A stretch of 63,643 nucleotides of DNA, counting the filler, from Saprolegnia diclina VS20 (lineage: Eukaryota), in the NCBI RefSeq assembly GCF_000281045.1. It is 8 parts of 4 records of this genome, joined end to end, with 100 filler letters (N's around TTAATTAATTAA, not from the genome) between each part and the next. Parts side by side here need not be neighbours in the genome. Positions count along the whole stretch, not along the records: positions 58,588 to 63,643 come from NW_008246191.1; 7 more parts are not named here. One strand, given 5' to 3'. Shown in pieces: positions 60,385-63,643 of the stretch. Under the pieces are notes generated by a model. The model was not told the DNA's origin. It did not search any database and was given only the letters and a program-made list of their open reading frames with translations. The translations under genes were made by a program, and so were the position numbers. Position 1 is the first letter of the stretch, and each line of letters begins with the position of its first letter.

Positions 60385-61902
60385 TTACGGCCTGCACGGC
60401 ATCAAGTACTGGACAACTTGGAGTGCGTCGCTATCGCCTTCGTCATACGCGTCCTCATCAGCGTCGTCGGAAATGTACAGGAAAATGTTCGGGTTGGGAG
60501 CGATCCAGGACATTTCGTGCGATGGGCGCGACGTGCCAAGACATCCCGCAGCTCGCAGCCGCTCGTAGACGTCGCGATACGAAAATTTTAGCGCGGTGTC
60601 GACGGCGTCAGCTGCGCGCTTCTTCGTCACATCGTGCTCGAGTAAGACTGCGAGGACCTCGGGGTGTTTTGCGGCCCAAAAGATACCGCGAAACGTGAAC
60701 CCTTCGGCGCGCTCTCTCAAAAGAAATTGAACGACCGAGAGATGACCTGCCGACGCAGCCCAGTCGATCGCTCGCGTCGTGCAACCTTCCGACCGGTGCG
60801 TATGGAGGTACACAACGATATCTTCGTGGCCACCGCGCGCCGCGTGGTCCATCGCATTCACTGTACATCCCTCGGTCCGGTGCTCGGTGAGAAACGTGAC
60901 AACGTCCAAGTGGCCTTCCTGAGCGGCTGCATCCATGGCGAGCGGCGTGCAGCCCTCGTCCCGGTGCTCGTGGAGGAAGCGAACGATGTCCAGATCACCA
61001 GAATACGCGGCGCCATCCAAGGCTTTGGTCGTGCATGGTGCATGCCACTTCTCATGCAGCTCTACCACGACGTCGATGTAGTCGTCTTTCGCCGCCCCGT
61101 CGAGTGCTGCTGATGAGAGCGAGAGACTGCTGTAGCGTTGCAGGAGGTAGGTGGCGACATTCGGATGGCGACCGGCAACCGTGTCGAGCACGTGCTCTGA
61201 GCAGCCTTCGGTGCGGTTGTCATGGAGCCACTGAACGACCGAAAGGTAACCGTTGGCAGCGGCGCCGTCCATGGCGGCCGTGGTGCATGATGCGCCTCCA
61301 TCATGAAGCAGCTGAAGCACCTCCAGGTGGCCGTTCGTAGCAGCTACGTCCATGGCCACGCGCGGAGGGAAATGCAGGACATAGCCAACGTCGGCGATGT
61401 CGACGCTCTTCTCGCGGTTGAGGTAGCGTAGAAGCTCAATGTGGCCGCCCGCGATGGCAGCCTGCGCGAGTGCGACGGGACGCTCGAGAAAAGACGCGAG
61501 GAGGTCGAGCCAGAGGTTCTCCATCGGCGCAGCGTCCTTGGCGCGAATCTCAATGTCGCATGGCCACGGTTCACGGCCACAGTGCTCATGCGGCGGCATG
61601 CTCTTGTTGCAGTATGCACGTTTGAAGTACAAGGGCTTGCCAGCAATGCTACGGATGGCGAGCACCTTGGCGTACATGGCTCTGGACCGAATGCAGCGGT
61701 AGTCTTTAGGGACGAGGTACTCCAATGCTGGGAGGCGGTCGAGGTCGCCGGGCCAATCGAGGCGAAAGGCATCGCGCCAAATGCCGCTCGTGAGGACATT
61801 GTTCTGTAGCTGCTTGTCGTCCAAGGCGCCGCACAAATACTGCGTGAGCGGCCCCGCAAAAGCCAGGATGAGCGGCTGCAGGTCAGCGACTTGCGTCCAC
61901 AT
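60385..61902 (-). CDS. Ankyrin-repeat protein (oomycete CTTxAMDxAAxxGHL type) with N-terminal AGPLTQ domain
   Basis: Intact 505-aa ORF with tandem repeats CTxxAMDxAAxxGHLxVVxFLHxxRxEG. Confidence 0.92.
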   Translation of the reverse strand: MWTQVADLQPLILAFAGPLTQYLCGALDDKQLQNNVLTSGIWRDAFRLDWPGDLDRLPALEYLVPKDYRCIRSRAMYAKVLAIRSIAGKPLYFKRAYCNKSMPPHEHCGREPWPCDIEIRAKDAAPMENLWLDLLASFLERPVALAQAAIAGGHIELLRYLNREKSVDIADVGYVLHFPPRVAMDVAATNGHLEVLQLLHDGGASCTTAAMDGAAANGYLSVVQWLHDNRTEGCSEHVLDTVAGRHPNVATYLLQRYSSLSLSSAALDGAAKDDYIDVVVELHEKWHAPCTTKALDGAAYSGDLDIVRFLHEHRDEGCTPLAMDAAAQEGHLDVVTFLTEHRTEGCTVNAMDHAARGGHEDIVVYLHTHRSEGCTTRAIDWAASAGHLSVVQFLLRERAEGFTFRGIFWAAKHPEVLAVLLEHDVTKKRAADAVDTALKFSYRDVYERLRAAGCLGTSRPSHEMSWIAPNPNIFLYISDDADEDAYDEGDSDALQVVQYLMPCRP

Positions 61903-62107
61903 GTCAAACGACGGTCTGATGGTGTTTTGACTTCACACTGCCACAATCGCCCACAGGTCGTTGGCGGGGCTCGGAACCAGTAGAAAATGTGTACGGCACG
62001 GAAATCGTTCGATTTATAGCCAATCGAAAGCAGGTCCCGACAAGAGATCCTTGCAAGCACCACAGATGAAGCGCAGTGCAATCAACTTGGAAGACAAACC
62101 GTAGTAA

Positions 62108-63609
62108 TTACGAGAAGGCTTGGACTGCCCCCGCGCAGCCGGCTACTTTGAGATTGGCCAAAGCAACAGAGTCTTGCCGCGCAAGAGCCACTCCAACGGC
62201 CGCTTCCTGCGGCGCCTCCGTGCCTTGGAGGGTCACGAGAAACTGCAGCATCTCCATCTTCTCGTTGTGCGCTGCGTAGTAGAAGGCCATCGCAGAGCAG
62301 CCTTCATAGCGGTTTGCAAGCAGCCATTGAACGACCTCAGGTGGCCGGACGCCGCGGCCCAGTCGATCGCATCTGTCGTCGTGCCTTCGGTGCGGTGCTG
62401 ATGGAGAAACTGGACGACCGCCAAGTGTCCAAGGTGCGCGGCGGACGCCATTGCCTCTTGTGAGCAGCCTTCGCTTCGGTACGTGTGCAGGAAGCGCACC
62501 ATGGCCAAGTGCCCCCGTCGCGCTGCCTTGTCCATCGCGCGAAACGTGCACCCTTCCGGTCAGGTCGCATGCAGCCATTCGACGACGTGGAGATGACCCC
62601 GTTCCGCCGCAGCGTCCATCGCGTCCGTCGTGCAGCCTTCGTCTCGGTGCTTGTGCAGCCAAACCACGGTTTCGAGGTGGCCGGCGCTAGCAGCATCATC
62701 CATCGCTTTCCTCGTACAGCCCTCGGATCGATGCGTGTGGAGGTACTGGACGATATGTAGGTGGCCGTTGGCAGCGGCCGCGTCCATGACATCGGCGCCG
62801 CAGGACGCGTGGCATTCTTGGTCGAGGTACATCACGCCGCCGAGACTACCCATGCTGGCTGAATAATAGAGTGCTCTGTCCGAGATCCAGAGTCCGCAAT
62901 GCGAGCGCAGGAAGGTCGCGATGTCGTAGTGGGTGGCCGCGATCGCAAAGTCGACGCCTGACGACGTCCCGCCTTCGGTACGGTGGCGGTGAAGCCACTG
63001 CACGACGTCCAGATGCCCGTTAAACGCTGCGTCGTCCAATGCCTCGGTCGAGCACCCGCTGCATCCCGCGTCCCGCAGCAGCTGCACGACGTCCAGATAC
63101 CCGTGTCCCGCCGCCCAGTCCATTGCCAAGGGACTATCGTGATCGTCGACGTGCGAAATCGCCGCCAGATCGACGCCGTAGTCATCGCGTAGACAGCAAA
63201 GCAGCTGCATGTGGCCACCGAGTATCGCAGTCTGCGCAAGTGCGCATGGGTCGGACGTGTCGAGCTCGTCGATCCAGAGGTGGGCCATCGCTGCAGCCAG
63301 CAAACGCTCCAGAGCATCGTCTCGCTCGTAGACGATGGTGTGCGTCTTGATCAGCTGCGTCTTTGTGCGTGCATACATGGACTTTGACGAGATGCAGCAG
63401 CAGTCGGCGGCTGAGAGCTTGGTCGGCGGCAACATGTCAAGGTCGCCGTCCAAGTCGAGGCGGAAGGCGTCGCGCCAAATTGCCTGTTTCAGAGCCTCGC
63501 CGCCTGTCGAGCGCAGCTGATCGCCGTCCAAGGTGCCGTGGAGAAGCTGCGTCAGCGGCCCCGCAAAGGCCAAGATGAGCGGCTGGACGTCAGCGACGTT
63601 TGCCCACAT
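62108..63609 (-). pseudogene. Ankyrin-repeat protein, recently disabled
   Basis: In-frame TGA at 62560-62562 in place of the conserved repeat Arg (H-A-T-*-P-E-G-C), plus a 1-nt frameshift near 62339; otherwise collinear with its paralogs. Confidence 0.85.
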
Positions 63610-63643
63610 GCCTGTCTCAAACTGCAAGCAGAAAGTGGGAATG

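Noticed and set aside
62560..62562. In-frame TGA as selenocysteine or programmed readthrough
   Set aside because: It replaces a repeat Arg (one transition from CGA), and an independent frameshift follows downstream.

Overview
Eukaryotic, GC-rich, gene-dense scaffold with very short GT-AG introns (about 42-64 nt where traced) and oomycete-type INR/FPR core promoters. Gene content (START-FYVE protein, BT1-type transporter, 'CQKIPTGAWGCV' secreted proteins, 'CTTxAMDxAA..GHL' ankyrins) points to a Saprolegniales water mould such as Saprolegnia or Achlya (inference). Seven 100-nt N44-TTAATTAATTAA-N44 linkers and two plain N gaps split it into contigs, so adjacency across them is not proven. 0-17 kb: five membrane-anchored purple/tartrate-resistant acid phosphatase paralogs with differential intron content, interleaved with a degenerate choloylglycine-hydrolase-like Ntn hydrolase, a small secreted Cys-rich peptide and a cytochrome P450. 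17-41 kb: mostly housekeeping genes (BT1 transporter, PITP, START-FYVE, cyclic nucleotide phosphodiesterase, astacin, FANCI, DAACS symporter, HID1), plus a tandem pair of minus-strand C/D-box snoRNAs upstream of FANCI. 41-64 kb: fragmented accessory region with an inverted duplication, a 300-bp tRNA-headed SINE with a perfect 16-bp TSD, an Rnl2-like RNA ligase domain, a PDZ protein, an MFSD1-like transporter, a HET/TIR-like-TPR protein, an RBR-like fragment and an ankyrin array (one intact copy, two pseudogenes). All calls come from manual motif reading; no searches were run.
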